From: Alphaproteobacteria bacterium
GTDB taxonomy: Bacteria; Pseudomonadota; Alphaproteobacteria; UBA828
Assembly (NCBI GenBank): GCA_965220745.1
Contig: CBDCQT010000011.1
Span: 608,523 to 672,522, forward strand
Reading direction: 5' to 3'
DNA: 64,000 nucleotides
Made by a program: the position numbers and the translations under genes. The notes beneath the pieces were generated by a model, which was given only the letters and a program-made list of their open reading frames with translations, made no database searches and was not told where the DNA came from. Below are positions 11,033 to 21,402 of the stretch, piece by piece. How positions within the stretch are numbered: position 1 is the stretch's first letter; every line of letters begins with the position of its first letter.

Positions 11033-12141
11033 AGACGCACGCCTTCCACCGCAGCCGGGCGGAGATGCTGCCTGAGCGGCCGGCGCCGATCACCACCACA
11101 GGCGTGATTGGCTGGCTGCGGACCAACCTCTTCTCCAGCTATCTGAGTGCGGCGCTGACGCTAGGCTCGATCGCCGTGCTCGCGCTGATCGTACCGGGCC
11201 TGATCGAATGGGCTTTCATCGATGCAACGCTTACGGGCGAGATCGGCAAGGACTGTCCCAGCGAGGGTGCGTGCTGGGCTTGGCTCGACCAGCGCATCAC
11301 TCAGTTCTTCTACGGCTTCTACCCGGCCGATGCCTATTGGCGGGTGAACATCTGCATCGCCCTGCTGGTACCGGCGCTCGCCTATATGCTGTTCGACAAG
11401 CTGCCGTATTCCCGCTACGGGCGCTGGTTCTCGCTCGCCTATCCGGTAATCGCCGCGATCCTGCTGGTCGGCGGTCTCGGCCTCGAAGTCGTGCGGACCG
11501 ATCAGTTCGGCGGCTTCATGCTCAATCTTATCGCCGGACTCGTCGGCATCGTGCTCTCCCTGCCCATCGGCATCCTGCTGGCGCTGGGCCGGCGCTCGCG
11601 CATGCCGATCGTCCGGATGTTCTCGGTCGGGTTCATCGAGTTCATCCGCGGCGTGCCGCTGATCACGCTGCTCTTCGTCGCGATCATCCTGCTGCCGCTT
11701 TTCCTGCCGCCGCAGGTTACGCTCGACCAGTTGATCCGCGTGATGATCATCATCACGGTGTTCGCCTCCGCCTACATGGCCGAGGTGATCCGCGGCGGAC
11801 TGCAGGCGATCCCGCAAGGGCAGTACGAGGCCGGTCAGGCGATGGGGCTCGGCTACTGGCAGTCGATGCGCCTGATCATCCTGCCGCAGGCGCTCAAGAT
11901 CTCGATCCCGGGCATCGTCAACACCTTCATCGGGCTCTTCAAGGACACCACGCTGGTCATCATCATCGGCCTGTTCGACATCCTGGGCCAGGCGCGTCTC
12001 CTCCAGACCAACCCGGACTGGCTGGGCAAGGTCGATTACGAGACCTTCCTGCTGGCGGCGCTGTTCTTCTTCGTGATCTGCTTCAGCATGTCGCGCTACT
12101 CGCTCAATCTCGAGAAGCGTCTGGACACCACGAGACGCTAG
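11029..12141 (+). CDS. aapM: Amino acid ABC transporter permease
   Basis: ATGA overlap with aapQ stop. RGVPLITLLF, AEVIRGGLQAIPQGQYEA, LFKDTTLV. Confidence 0.9.
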   Translation: MKTHAFHRSRAEMLPERPAPITTTGVIGWLRTNLFSSYLSAALTLGSIAVLALIVPGLIEWAFIDATLTGEIGKDCPSEGACWAWLDQRITQFFYGFYPADAYWRVNICIALLVPALAYMLFDKLPYSRYGRWFSLAYPVIAAILLVGGLGLEVVRTDQFGGFMLNLIAGLVGIVLSLPIGILLALGRRSRMPIVRMFSVGFIEFIRGVPLITLLFVAIILLPLFLPPQVTLDQLIRVMIIITVFASAYMAEVIRGGLQAIPQGQYEAGQAMGLGYWQSMRLIILPQALKISIPGIVNTFIGLFKDTTLVIIIGLFDILGQARLLQTNPDWLGKVDYETFLLAALFFFVICFSMSRYSLNLEKRLDTTRR

Positions 12142-12150
12142 GGAGGCACC

Positions 12151-12915
12151 ATGGCGGAGGCAGAAGCCGCGCCCGGCGGCGCCGAAGACCCGATCATCGA
12201 AATCACCGGCCTCAACAAGTGGTTCGGCCAGTTCCACGTGCTGCGCGACATCGATCTCATGGTTGAGCGACGGGAGCGCATCGTCATCTGCGGGCCGTCG
12301 GGATCGGGCAAGTCGACGCTGATCCGCTGCATCAACAGGCTGGAGGAGCATCAGGAAGGCAAGGTCGTCGTCGACGGCGTCGAGCTCACCCACAATCTAA
12401 AGAACATCGATGCCATTCGCCGCGAAGTCGGCATGGTCTTCCAGCAGTTCAACCTGTTCCCGCATCTCACGGTGCTGGAGAACTGCACGCTGGCCCCGAT
12501 CTGGGTGCGCAAGATGCCGAAGGCCGAGGCCCAGCAGTCCGCGATGGAGTACCTGGAGCGGGTCAAGATCCCTGAGCAGGCCTTGAAATATCCCGGCCAG
12601 CTCTCCGGCGGCCAGCAGCAGCGCGTGGCGATCGCCCGCTCCCTCTGCATGAAGCCCAACATCATGCTGTTCGACGAGCCCACTTCGGCCCTCGATCCGG
12701 AGATGATCAAGGAGGTGCTGGAGGTCATGGTCGACCTTGCCGAGAGCGGCATGACCATGCTCGTCGTCACCCATGAGATGGGCTTCGCCTCGCAGGTCGC
12801 CAACCGCGTCATCTTCATGGACGAGGGCCAGATCGTCGAGCAGAACACGCCGGAAGAGTTTTTCAACAATCCGCAATCCGACCGGACCAAGCTGTTCCTG
12901 AGCCAGATTCTGTAG
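12151..12915 (+). CDS. aapP: Amino acid ABC transporter ATP-binding protein
   Basis: [28 protein letters not shown]. Confidence 0.93.
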   Translation: MAEAEAAPGGAEDPIIEITGLNKWFGQFHVLRDIDLMVERRERIVICGPSGSGKSTLIRCINRLEEHQEGKVVVDGVELTHNLKNIDAIRREVGMVFQQFNLFPHLTVLENCTLAPIWVRKMPKAEAQQSAMEYLERVKIPEQALKYPGQLSGGQQQRVAIARSLCMKPNIMLFDEPTSALDPEMIKEVLEVMVDLAESGMTMLVVTHEMGFASQVANRVIFMDEGQIVEQNTPEEFFNNPQSDRTKLFLSQIL

Positions 12916-12941
12916 GGCCTGCGGCGGGCGTGCAGCCTGTC

Positions 12942-14393
12942 TCAGCCGCCGTCCGCCTTGCCTTCGCCAACGTCGAAACGCGCAGGCGCGGGGCTCACCA
13001 CGCGGGTCTTGCCGCCGCCCGCGACCTCGAAGACGGCGAGGCCCCGTTCCGCGATCCCCTCGTCGTCGAAGCGAAAAAGACCGTCCGCGCCCACGAATCC
13101 GCCGCGGTTGCCGATGGCCTGCGGGTCGAACGAGGCGCCTGCTCGTGCGAGAGCCGCGGCCAGCGCGGTCGCGTCATAGGCGACGGTAGCGATTGCTCCC
13201 GGTGGCGCGCCGAAGACTCGGCGGTAGCGTTCCTCGAAATTTCGCCGTGCGGCCGGGTCAGGACCCGCAAACCAGCCGCCTGCAAGCGCCGGCTCGCCGA
13301 GCGTGGCCGCATCCTCCCAGAGGCCCGTCCCCAGAACGCGGACTTCGGTGGGGTCGATGTCGTAGTAGGGGAGTAGCGGCGCGACCTGCCGCAACCGAGC
13401 GCCGCCATCGGCCAGCAGCAGCGCGTCGAAGGGCAGCTCGCCCAGCGTGTCGAGGGTCTCAAGCCGCTTCAGGCGGCGGCGCGCGGCGGCATCGCCCTGG
13501 CGGGCGAGCGTCCGCCGCTCGTGTTCCAGGGCCCGGGCGCGCCGGTCGTACTCGGCGAGGTCACTCACGACGTCTGCTGCGTCCGACGCATCCGCCGCGT
13601 AATTGCGGACTCTTGCGAGCGACAGTCCGTTGAGCGCTGCCGCCGTCCAGGCTTCGTCCGCCACTGTCGCGCCATAGCGCGTCTCGGGCGCCAGCAGGGC
13701 GATCCGTCGGTGGCCCTTCGCCGCCGCGTGGGCGAAGACCCGCCTGATCTGCGCGCGCGGTGTATGGCCGAGCAGATAGACGCCCTCGCTTGCGGCCGTT
13801 CGATCGGTGGAGAAGGCGACCACGGTTACCCCATGCGCTCGTGCGTGGGAGGCGACGGCGTTCACGCCCTCGGCAAACAGTGGTCCGAGGATCAGGTCGA
13901 CGCCCTCTTCGAGGAGCGCAAGCGCGGCCCGCTCCGCACCCGGCGCCGTGCCTCCCGTATCGCGCGGCAGCAGCAAGAAGCGCTCATCGGCCGTGTCAAA
14001 AAGCGCGAGCTGCGCCGCGTGCAGAAGGGTCCCACCTTCCGACGCATAGCGGCCGGAGAGCGGTAGCAGCAGACCCACCCTGGCGGCGCGTGCTGTCTCC
14101 TCGGGTGCCGTAGCTGCGCTGTCCTTGTCCTCAGCAGGCTCGCCCGCAGTCGATTCATCGGTGGGGAGGGCGGCGAGCGTCTCGGCCCGCTCATCGATTG
14201 GAGGGGTCAAGGACTCGGGTGCCGCGGTCTCCCCTTCGGCCGCCGAGCGAGGCGGCGGCTGGTCCTCGGGCGACGGCGGCGGTACGCTCGGCGCGGCGCA
14301 TGCGCCTGCCAGAAGGGCCAGCAGCAGGGCGACGCCTGCCGGTCCGATCCGCCGGCGCCGATTGGCTGCGGGGAGGCTACGAGGTCGATCCAT
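12942..14393 (-). CDS. Penicillin-binding protein activator (LppC/LpoA-like lipoprotein)
   Basis: Lipobox LAGAC, VGLLLPLSG, ILGPLFA, LGTGLW, GFVGADGLFRF, ERGLAVFEV. Divergent from rsmI. Start uncertain. Confidence 0.8.
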   Translation of the reverse strand: MDRPRSLPAANRRRRIGPAGVALLLALLAGACAAPSVPPPSPEDQPPPRSAAEGETAAPESLTPPIDERAETLAALPTDESTAGEPAEDKDSAATAPEETARAARVGLLLPLSGRYASEGGTLLHAAQLALFDTADERFLLLPRDTGGTAPGAERAALALLEEGVDLILGPLFAEGVNAVASHARAHGVTVVAFSTDRTAASEGVYLLGHTPRAQIRRVFAHAAAKGHRRIALLAPETRYGATVADEAWTAAALNGLSLARVRNYAADASDAADVVSDLAEYDRRARALEHERRTLARQGDAAARRRLKRLETLDTLGELPFDALLLADGGARLRQVAPLLPYYDIDPTEVRVLGTGLWEDAATLGEPALAGGWFAGPDPAARRNFEERYRRVFGAPPGAIATVAYDATALAAALARAGASFDPQAIGNRGGFVGADGLFRFDDEGIAERGLAVFEVAGGGKTRVVSPAPARFDVGEGKADGG

Positions 14394-15336
14394 GTCCGAG
14401 GAAGCTCCCGCGACGCCGGCAGGCGCGGGACAGACTAGGGACCGCGCGGGTGGGAGTAAACCGCAGCCGCGCGCGGAACCAGGTCTCTGGCTGGTGGCGA
14501 CCCCGATCGGCAATCTGGAGGACATGTCGCCGCGCGCGCTCGCGGTGCTTGCATCCGTTGATCGTGTCGCCTGCGAGGACACCCGCCGCACCGGGCGGCT
14601 CTTGGCGCGCCACGGCATCTCGGCACGCCTCGTCTCCTACCACGAGCATAACGCGGCGCACGTTCGCCCGGCGTTGATCCGTACGCTTACAGGCGGCGGC
14701 TCGGTGGCTCTAGTTTCGGACGCCGGCACACCGTTGATCTCCGACCCCGGCTACAAGCTGGTTCGTACTGCGCTCGATGTCGGCATTCGCGTGACCGGCT
14801 GCCCCGGCCCGAGCGCGCCCCTGCTCGCGCTCATCCTCTCTGGCCTGCCGACCGATCGCTTCTTCTTCGGCGGCTTCCTGCCTTCCAAGGCGGGGCCCCG
14901 GCGGGAGGCGCTCGCCACGCTCTGCTCCCTCGACGCAACGCTCGTCTTCCTCGAATCGCCCCGGCGACTGGCGGCGTCACTCGAAGACATAGCGGCGATA
15001 CTCGGCCCGCGCCCGGCGGCTGTGGCGCGCGAGCTGACCAAGCTGCACGAGGAGGTGCGGCGCGGATCGCTCGGCGAGCTGGCCGGCCATTACGCCGCCG
15101 CCGGTGCTCCCAAAGGCGAGGTCGTGATCGTCGTTGGCGGCGAGCGGGGAGACACGGCGCAACCGGCGCTCTCGGACGCGGATATCGACGCGCGCCTCGA
15201 CCGTCTGCTCGTCGACGGCACCGTGCGCGACGCCGCGACAGCGCTCAGCGCCGAGACCGGACTGCCGCGTCGCGAGCTCTATACCCGTGCATTGGCACGG
15301 ACACGGGCACGGGAGGAATGCGCGGTCGATCCCTAA
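14392..15336 (+). CDS. rsmI: 16S rRNA (cytidine1402-2'-O)-methyltransferase
   Basis: LVATPIGNLEDMS, ACEDTR, VSDAGTPLISDPG, ARELTKLHEE. Confidence 0.93.
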   Translation: MSEEAPATPAGAGQTRDRAGGSKPQPRAEPGLWLVATPIGNLEDMSPRALAVLASVDRVACEDTRRTGRLLARHGISARLVSYHEHNAAHVRPALIRTLTGGGSVALVSDAGTPLISDPGYKLVRTALDVGIRVTGCPGPSAPLLALILSGLPTDRFFFGGFLPSKAGPRREALATLCSLDATLVFLESPRRLAASLEDIAAILGPRPAAVARELTKLHEEVRRGSLGELAGHYAAAGAPKGEVVIVVGGERGDTAQPALSDADIDARLDRLLVDGTVRDAATALSAETGLPRRELYTRALARTRAREECAVDP

Positions 15337-15710
15337 AGGACCGACGCGCGGCTTACGCGCGGGGTCTTGCGGCGGAGCGACTTTGCGCGTTGCGTCTTCG
15401 ACTCACGGGCTGGCGCATCCTGGCGCGGCGCTACGTGACCCCCGCAGGCGAGCTCGACATCGTCGCGCAACGCGGCACGTTGATCGCCTTCATTGAAGTG
15501 AAGCATCGCAAGGAGCGCGAGGGCATTCTTGAGGCCGTCACCGCGCATCAGCGGCGGCGTATCGAGAACGCCGCCACCATTTACTTGTCGCGTCACCCGA
15601 ATCGGCGCAAGCTTTCACTCCGATTCGATTTGATGGTGGTGAGCCCTTGGCGATGGCCGAGCCACCTGCCAGATGCGTGGCGTCCCGACCGCAGCGGGAC
15701 AGTTATCTGA
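15318..15710 (+). CDS. yraN: YraN family endonuclease-like protein
   Basis: GLAAE, GELDIVA, AFIEVK, RFDL. Follows rsmI. Confidence 0.88.
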   Translation: MRGRSLKDRRAAYARGLAAERLCALRLRLTGWRILARRYVTPAGELDIVAQRGTLIAFIEVKHRKEREGILEAVTAHQRRRIENAATIYLSRHPNRRKLSLRFDLMVVSPWRWPSHLPDAWRPDRSGTVI

Positions 15711-15715
15711 CACGA

Positions 15716-16339
15716 TTGACGCGGTGCCCGAGCCGGAAGGCGGGACCCGCGGTCGCGCTCGTACTCCTCTTGGCCGGCTCGCTCTCCCTCTCTGGATGTG
15801 CGGAACTTCTGATCGGTGCGGCTGCGACGACGGGCGTTGCGATCGCCGAGGAGCGCTCGGTCGGCGACGCGGTCGACGACCTGACCATTAGGGCGGAGCT
15901 CAACCACCTCTTCTTCCGGGATGATGTCGAGCTCTTTGGGGACGTGTCGTTCAGTGTGATCGAAGGACGTGTTCTGCTCAAAGGCAGCGTGCCCACGCCC
16001 GACGATCGCATCCGTGCGCTTCGGCTCGCCTGGCAGGCCGCCGGCGTGCGCGAGGTGATCAATGAGCTTCAGGTGGCCGACGACACAGGGATCCTCGACT
16101 ACGCGCGGGACACGTGGATTTCGGCGCAGCTCAAGGGAAAGCTTCTGGTGGACGGCGATGTCCTCTCCATCAACTACAGCGTGGAGACGGTCGACGGCAC
16201 GGTCTACCTCCTGGGTATCGCGCAGGACGAGGCCGAGCTCGCGCGGGTCACCGAGCACGCCCGCAGCATCGAGGATGTGAAGCGCGTCGTGAGCCACGTC
16301 GTCTTGAAGGACGACCGTCACCGGCCGGTGACGCCTTGA
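15716..16339 (+). CDS. BON-domain lipoprotein (DolP/YraP-like), copy 1
   Basis: Lipobox LSGC, EERSVGDAVDD, two BON repeats, YLLGIAQ. Start uncertain. Confidence 0.85.
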   Translation: MTRCPSRKAGPAVALVLLLAGSLSLSGCAELLIGAAATTGVAIAEERSVGDAVDDLTIRAELNHLFFRDDVELFGDVSFSVIEGRVLLKGSVPTPDDRIRALRLAWQAAGVREVINELQVADDTGILDYARDTWISAQLKGKLLVDGDVLSINYSVETVDGTVYLLGIAQDEAELARVTEHARSIEDVKRVVSHVVLKDDRHRPVTP

Positions 16340-17043
16340 TGGCCCGTGGGGCGAATGCACGCACAGGCCGCACGGGCGGTCGGAGTCTTCGCCACTGGCG
16401 CCAAGCTGGTCCGGCCGCAACTCTCGCCCTCGCGCTGGCCGCTCTGCTGAGTCTCGCCGGTTGTGCGGATGTCATCATCGGCGCGGCCACCACGACGGGC
16501 CTCGCCATCGCCGAGGAACGCACGGTCAGCAACGCCGTCAAGGACCTGACGATTCAAGCGGAACTCAACCATCTCTTCTTCCGGGACGATCTCGACCTTT
16601 ACAACGACGTCTCGATCAGCGTGATGGAGGGCCGCGTGCTGCTCAAGGGCAGCGTACCGACGCACGAGGACCGCATTCGTGCGGGTTGGGTCGCCCGGCA
16701 GGCTGCGCGCGCGGAGGAGGTGATCAACGAGCTGCAGGTGACCGGCGAGGGCGGAATTCTGGATTACGCGGAGGACAGGTGGATTTCGTTCAAGCTCCGG
16801 GCCAGGCTGCTCCTGGACCTCGATATCCTGTCGGTCAACTATGATATCGAGACCGTCAACGGTACGGTCTATCTCCTGGGAATTGCGCAGGACGAGGATG
16901 AACTGGAGCGGGTCAAGGCGCACGCCCGCAGTGTGGGCGGCGTCGAGCGCGTGGTGAGCCATGTGATCATGAAGGACGATCCACGTCGCCCGCTGCCATC
17001 TGATGCGCGGTCAAGCTCCTCGCTGCCATTTGATGCCGGGTGA
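16339..17043 (+). CDS. BON-domain lipoprotein (DolP/YraP-like), copy 2
   Basis: TGATG coupling to copy 1. Lipobox LAGC. Clearly paralogous (AELNHLFFRDD, EGRVLLKGSVPT, TVYLLGIAQDE). Confidence 0.85.
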   Translation: MARGANARTGRTGGRSLRHWRQAGPAATLALALAALLSLAGCADVIIGAATTTGLAIAEERTVSNAVKDLTIQAELNHLFFRDDLDLYNDVSISVMEGRVLLKGSVPTHEDRIRAGWVARQAARAEEVINELQVTGEGGILDYAEDRWISFKLRARLLLDLDILSVNYDIETVNGTVYLLGIAQDEDELERVKAHARSVGGVERVVSHVIMKDDPRRPLPSDARSSSSLPFDAG

Positions 17044-17860
17044 CGCGATCGAAGGTGCGCTCCGCGCCGTCGGCACCCTCGCGGACGAAGAGATCGACTT
17101 GGCCGATGCTGCGCTGTTGCTCGGTGCCCTCGACCTGCCGCGCGCATCGCTCGAAGGCTACCGCACCCACGTCGGCCGGCTCGGCGAGGACGTGGCGGCG
17201 CTGGCCCGCGCCGGCGAGCCGCTGGAGCGCCGCCGCCGTCACCTCAACGCCGTGCTCTTCGAGGTCCACGGTTATGCCGGCGATACCGAGAGCTACGATG
17301 CGCCCGAGAACGCAAATCTGCTTCAGGTCATCGACCGCAGGATCGGTCTCCCGGTCAGCCTCGGCATTCTCTACATCCACGCCGCGCGGGCGCAGGGCTG
17401 GGCGGTGGACGGGCTGGCCTTCCCCGGTCATTTCCTGGTGCGGATGGACGAGGGCGACCGCCGTGTGATCGTCGATCCCTTTCACCAGGGCCAGGCGCTG
17501 GAGGCCGGCCACCTGCGCGGCCTGCTCAAGCAGTTCCAGGGTGCCGATGTGGAGCTGGAGCCTGCCCACTATGCGCCGGTTGGCAACCGGGCGATCCTTC
17601 TCAGGCTTCAGAACAACATCAAATCCAGGGCGCTGCAGGCGGGCGACGGCGCCCGCGCTGCCGCGATCCTGGAACGAATGCTGCTGATCGCGCCGGAGGC
17701 CGGCGGCCTCTGGCATGAGCTCGGCATGGTTCGGGCGCGGCTCGGCACCATCAAGGGCGCGGTCGAGGCGCTGGAGCGCAGCCTTGCCTGTCCGTTGCCC
17801 GAGGCCGCGCGGTCGCGTGTCGAGGCAGCGCTCGCGTCTCTGACGACCAGCCTGCATTGA
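17033..17860 (+). CDS. SirB1/transglutaminase-like family protein with TPR tail
   Basis: Y.APENANL.QVIDRRIGLPVSLGILY, FPGHFLVR, VDPF, ILLRLQNNIK. Confidence 0.82.
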   Translation: MPGDAIEGALRAVGTLADEEIDLADAALLLGALDLPRASLEGYRTHVGRLGEDVAALARAGEPLERRRRHLNAVLFEVHGYAGDTESYDAPENANLLQVIDRRIGLPVSLGILYIHAARAQGWAVDGLAFPGHFLVRMDEGDRRVIVDPFHQGQALEAGHLRGLLKQFQGADVELEPAHYAPVGNRAILLRLQNNIKSRALQAGDGARAAAILERMLLIAPEAGGLWHELGMVRARLGTIKGAVEALERSLACPLPEAARSRVEAALASLTTSLH

Positions 17861-17888
17861 GAGCCGAGGGACTTAGGGGGTCCATGAC

Positions 17889-18836
17889 GTGAGCCTCGCT
17901 GTGGCCATTCAGATGGACCCGATCGATTCCATCGACATCGAGGCCGACAGCACCTTCGTGCTCGCGCTGGAAGCGCAGGCCAGAGGCCATCGGCTGTATC
18001 ACTACCTGCCGCAGCATCTCTCGCTGACCGCGGCCGGTGCGGTGGCGACGGTGCGTCCCCTCGAGGTACGCCGGAAGACCGGCGATCACTTCTCCCTCGG
18101 TGCGTCTGAGAGCGTCGACCTCGCCACCATGGACGTCGTCCTGATGCGCCAGGACCCGCCCTTCGACATGGCCTACATCACGGCCACCCATATCCTGGAA
18201 CAGATTCAAGCAGAGACGCTGGTGGTCAACGACCCGGTTCATGTGCGGAACGCGCCGGAAAAACTCTTCGTCACCCGGTTCCCCGAGCTGATGCCGCCGA
18301 CGCTGATCACGGCCGAGCGCGAGATGATCGTCGACTTCCGCGCCCGGCACGGCGACATCATCCTCAAGCCCCTCTTCGGCAACGGCGGCGCGGGCGTATT
18401 CCACGTCGGGCCCGAGGACGAGAACCTCAATGCCTTGATCGAGATGTTCGGCACATTCTTCCGCGAGCCGATCATCGCCCAAGCCTATCTGCCGGCGGTC
18501 CGCGACGGCGACAAGCGCATCATCCTGGTGGAGGGCGAGCCGGTGGGCGCCGTGAACCGGGTGCCGGCCGAGGGCGAGGCCCGCGCCAACATGCATGTCG
18601 GCGCCCGTCCGGACAAAACCGAGCTGAGCAGCCGCGACTGCGAGATTTGCGCCGCAATCGGGCCGGCGCTCAGGGAACGTGGCCTGATCTTCACGGGGAT
18701 CGACGTGATCGGCGGCTATCTCACCGAGATCAACGTCACCTCGCCCACGGGCATTCAGGAGATCAACCGCCTCGACGGCACCTGCCTCGAAGCCCTGATC
18801 TGGGATGCGATCGAGGTCCGGCTCGCGCGCTCGTAG
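17889..18836 (+). CDS. gshB: Glutathione synthetase
   Basis: [43 protein letters not shown]. Confidence 0.95.
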   Translation: MSLAVAIQMDPIDSIDIEADSTFVLALEAQARGHRLYHYLPQHLSLTAAGAVATVRPLEVRRKTGDHFSLGASESVDLATMDVVLMRQDPPFDMAYITATHILEQIQAETLVVNDPVHVRNAPEKLFVTRFPELMPPTLITAEREMIVDFRARHGDIILKPLFGNGGAGVFHVGPEDENLNALIEMFGTFFREPIIAQAYLPAVRDGDKRIILVEGEPVGAVNRVPAEGEARANMHVGARPDKTELSSRDCEICAAIGPALRERGLIFTGIDVIGGYLTEINVTSPTGIQEINRLDGTCLEALIWDAIEVRLARS

Positions 18837-18868
18837 ACCTGTATTCAGGCCGATACGTGGGCCTTGTT

Positions 18869-19264
18869 CTATAGGGGCTCGCGCTTGGGCGGCCCTGGAT
18901 CGTCGACGTTCCAGTCTGCGCCGTGCACCGCGATCACCGTCTCGCCCGTGACGGTACCGGGATCGAGGCAGGGCACGTTGACGCTGTAGCAGTCGGGCGC
19001 CGAGCGCGGCGAGTAAAATGACTTCACGCCGCAGACCGCGCAGAAGAGGTGCTCGGCCACGCCAGTGCCGAAGCGGTAGCTGGTCAACTTGTCCGCGCCA
19101 GAGAGCAGGATGAAACGCGACTTCGGCACCACCAGATGGCGGTAGCCGGACTTCCGGCAGATCGAGCAGTCGCAGTCGTGCACTTCGATCTGGGCCGGAG
19201 CCTCGCAGGAGAAGCGCACCGCGCCGCAGTGGCAGCCGCCCGTGTGGGTGACGAGCGCGGTCAC
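18869..19264 (-). CDS. GFA/CENP-V family Zn-binding protein
   Basis: GGCHCGAVRF, CDCSICRK, HLFCAVCG. GTG start at 19264. Confidence 0.85.
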   Translation of the reverse strand: MTALVTHTGGCHCGAVRFSCEAPAQIEVHDCDCSICRKSGYRHLVVPKSRFILLSGADKLTSYRFGTGVAEHLFCAVCGVKSFYSPRSAPDCYSVNVPCLDPGTVTGETVIAVHGADWNVDDPGPPKREPL

Positions 19265-19381
19265 TGGCGGCTGTTCGTCGCGTGAATGGCGGGTGCGGCG
19301 GGCAGCACGCGCATCTCGGCCTCTTCCCCTGCGCGTCGCGCAAACGCCCGCCGTAAACTTTGGCGGGCGCGGGCCGGAGAC

Positions 19382-19456
19382 TGGAGCGGGCGATGGGATT
19401 CGAACCCACGACCCCAACCTTGGCAAGGTTGTGCTCTACCCCTGAGCTACGCCCGC
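19382..19456 (-). tRNA. tRNA-Gly (GCC)
   Basis: GCGGGCGTAGCTCAGGGGTAGAGCACAACCTTGCCAAGGTTGGGGTCGTGGGTTCGAATCCCATCGCCCGCTCCA forms a cloverleaf with anticodon GCC and encoded CCA. Confidence 0.97.
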
Positions 19457-19838
19457 CTGCGCCCAGCCCCGTGCGTTGCGATAGTACGCGTTCGGCGCGC
19501 CCGCACAAGCGCAATCCCGCTGACACATTTCCCACCGAAAAGGTATACGCGGCACGTGCATCGTTACTCCCCGTGCAGATGGCGATTGACGCTGGCTTGC
19601 GGCAAGGGTAGGAGGGGCGCGGACCGAGGACGCCGCGTCGCATGCGCGTCCGGATTCGGGTCCGACGGCGGGTCATTCGTCGGCTGCCTTGCGGCCAACC
19701 CGCCGCTGAAGGAGCAATAAATCCTGCATCACGTCATTGGTCCGCGACATGCGGCTGGGAGCCACGCCGGCGCCCGTGCCGTGCTGTCGCTCGAAGACTC
19801 GCAGGGTGCGGCGAAGTCGCCGCTATGGAGGAAATTTC

Positions 19839-21287
19839 GTGGAATTGAATGAAGGATTCGCGGATCTCGGCCTGAGCGAGCCGCTGCTCGCCGCCGTTGC
19901 CGGGGCCGGCTACGAGGCGCCGACGCCGATCCAGCAGAAGGCCATCCCGCTGGTCCTGCGCGGCGTCGACTTGCTGGGCTGTGCCCAGACCGGCACGGGC
20001 AAGACCGCATCCTACGCGCTGCCGATCATCGACATCTTGAGCGCGGGCACGGGCAAGCCGCGGATGCCGCGCTGCCTGATCCTGGCGCCGACGCGGGAGC
20101 TCGCGCAACAGATCGCGGACAACTTCGCCACCTACGGCACCAACCACAGCCTGCGCCAGGCGCTGCTCATCGGCGGCGAGGGGTTCACGCTGCAGGAAGC
20201 CGCGCTCGGCAAGGACCCCGACATTCTGATCGCCACCCCTGGTCGTCTGATCGACATGTTCGAGCGGGGCCGGATCATGCTGGGCGGCGTCAAGGTCTTG
20301 GTGATCGACGAGGCCGATCGCATGCTCGACATGGGCTTCATCCCGGATGTCGAGCGCATCGTCCAGACGCTGCCGCGCATCCGCCAGACTCTCATGTTCT
20401 CCGCCACGCTTGGGCCCGAGATCAAGAGACTCGGCAAGGAATTCCTGATCAATCCCAAGGAGGTGAGCGTCACGCCGCCGGCAACGGTGGCAGGCACCGT
20501 GAGCCACGCGATGATCCTGGTGGAGCCGGAGGAGAAGCGCGTTGCACTGCGTGTCCTGCTCCGCGACGAGGCGGTGCAGAGCGCGCTGATCTTCTGCAAC
20601 CGCAAGAAGGACGTCGATATCGTCAGCGCCTCGCTCCAGCGCCACGGCTTCGACGCCCGCGCGCTGCACGGCGACATGGTGCAGCACCGCCGCACCGAGA
20701 CGCTGGCGGCGTTCAAGGAGGGCGAGGTCAACCTCCTCGTCTGCAGCGACGTGGCGGGTCGCGGCCTCGACATCGAGGCCGTCTCTCACGTCATCAACTT
20801 CGACGTGCCCTACAATCCCGAGGACTACGTCCATCGTATCGGCCGCACCGGCCGTGCCGGCCGCGAGGGCCAGGCGATCACGCTCGCCACTCACGAGGAA
20901 GCCGAGGCGGTGGGCGCCATCGCGGCGCTCGTCAACGCCGCGATCCCGCTCACGACGCCTGAGGGCGAGCCGGCCGAACTCGACGCCGCCCCCCGCGAGC
21001 GCAGCCGTTCGCGCCGGGGCCGCAGGCGCCGCGAGGAGCCCCGCACAGGCGAAAAGCGGCCCGCGCGCAAGCGGACGCGCGACGCAGAAGCTGCCGAAAG
21101 CAAGCCCAAGCGGGAGAAGAGGCGAGCCGGGAGCTCCGCAGAGGCAAATGAGGGCCAGCGCGCCCGCAGGGCGACCAAGCAGAGCGCCCCCGACCGCGAC
21201 GACGAGCGGGTTACGGGGCTCGGCGACCACGTGCCGGCGTTCCTCAGCGATCCCCTGCCGGCGCTCCGGCCTGGCGCGGAGCGCTAA
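19839..21287 (+). CDS. DEAD-box RNA helicase
   Basis: Q motif, AQTGTGKT, PTRELA, DEAD, FSAT, HRIGRTGRAG, basic disordered tail. GTG follows ggagga. Confidence 0.92.
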   Translation: MELNEGFADLGLSEPLLAAVAGAGYEAPTPIQQKAIPLVLRGVDLLGCAQTGTGKTASYALPIIDILSAGTGKPRMPRCLILAPTRELAQQIADNFATYGTNHSLRQALLIGGEGFTLQEAALGKDPDILIATPGRLIDMFERGRIMLGGVKVLVIDEADRMLDMGFIPDVERIVQTLPRIRQTLMFSATLGPEIKRLGKEFLINPKEVSVTPPATVAGTVSHAMILVEPEEKRVALRVLLRDEAVQSALIFCNRKKDVDIVSASLQRHGFDARALHGDMVQHRRTETLAAFKEGEVNLLVCSDVAGRGLDIEAVSHVINFDVPYNPEDYVHRIGRTGRAGREGQAITLATHEEAEAVGAIAALVNAAIPLTTPEGEPAELDAAPRERSRSRRGRRRREEPRTGEKRPARKRTRDAEAAESKPKREKRRAGSSAEANEGQRARRATKQSAPDRDDERVTGLGDHVPAFLSDPLPALRPGAER

Positions 21288-21402
21288 CCCAGAGTTCTCA
21301 CCTTAAGTCACGGCCTGCGCATATCGCGCGAAAACGCGCGGGTTCATACCGCGCGGAATCGCGCGCGTGCCCACACCGTGCCCTGAACAGGACGCGAACC
21401 CG

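Noticed and set aside
18869-19381. Genomic island integrated at tRNA-Gly carrying the GFA gene
   Set aside because: No integrase, no duplicated tRNA 3' end and no composition shift.
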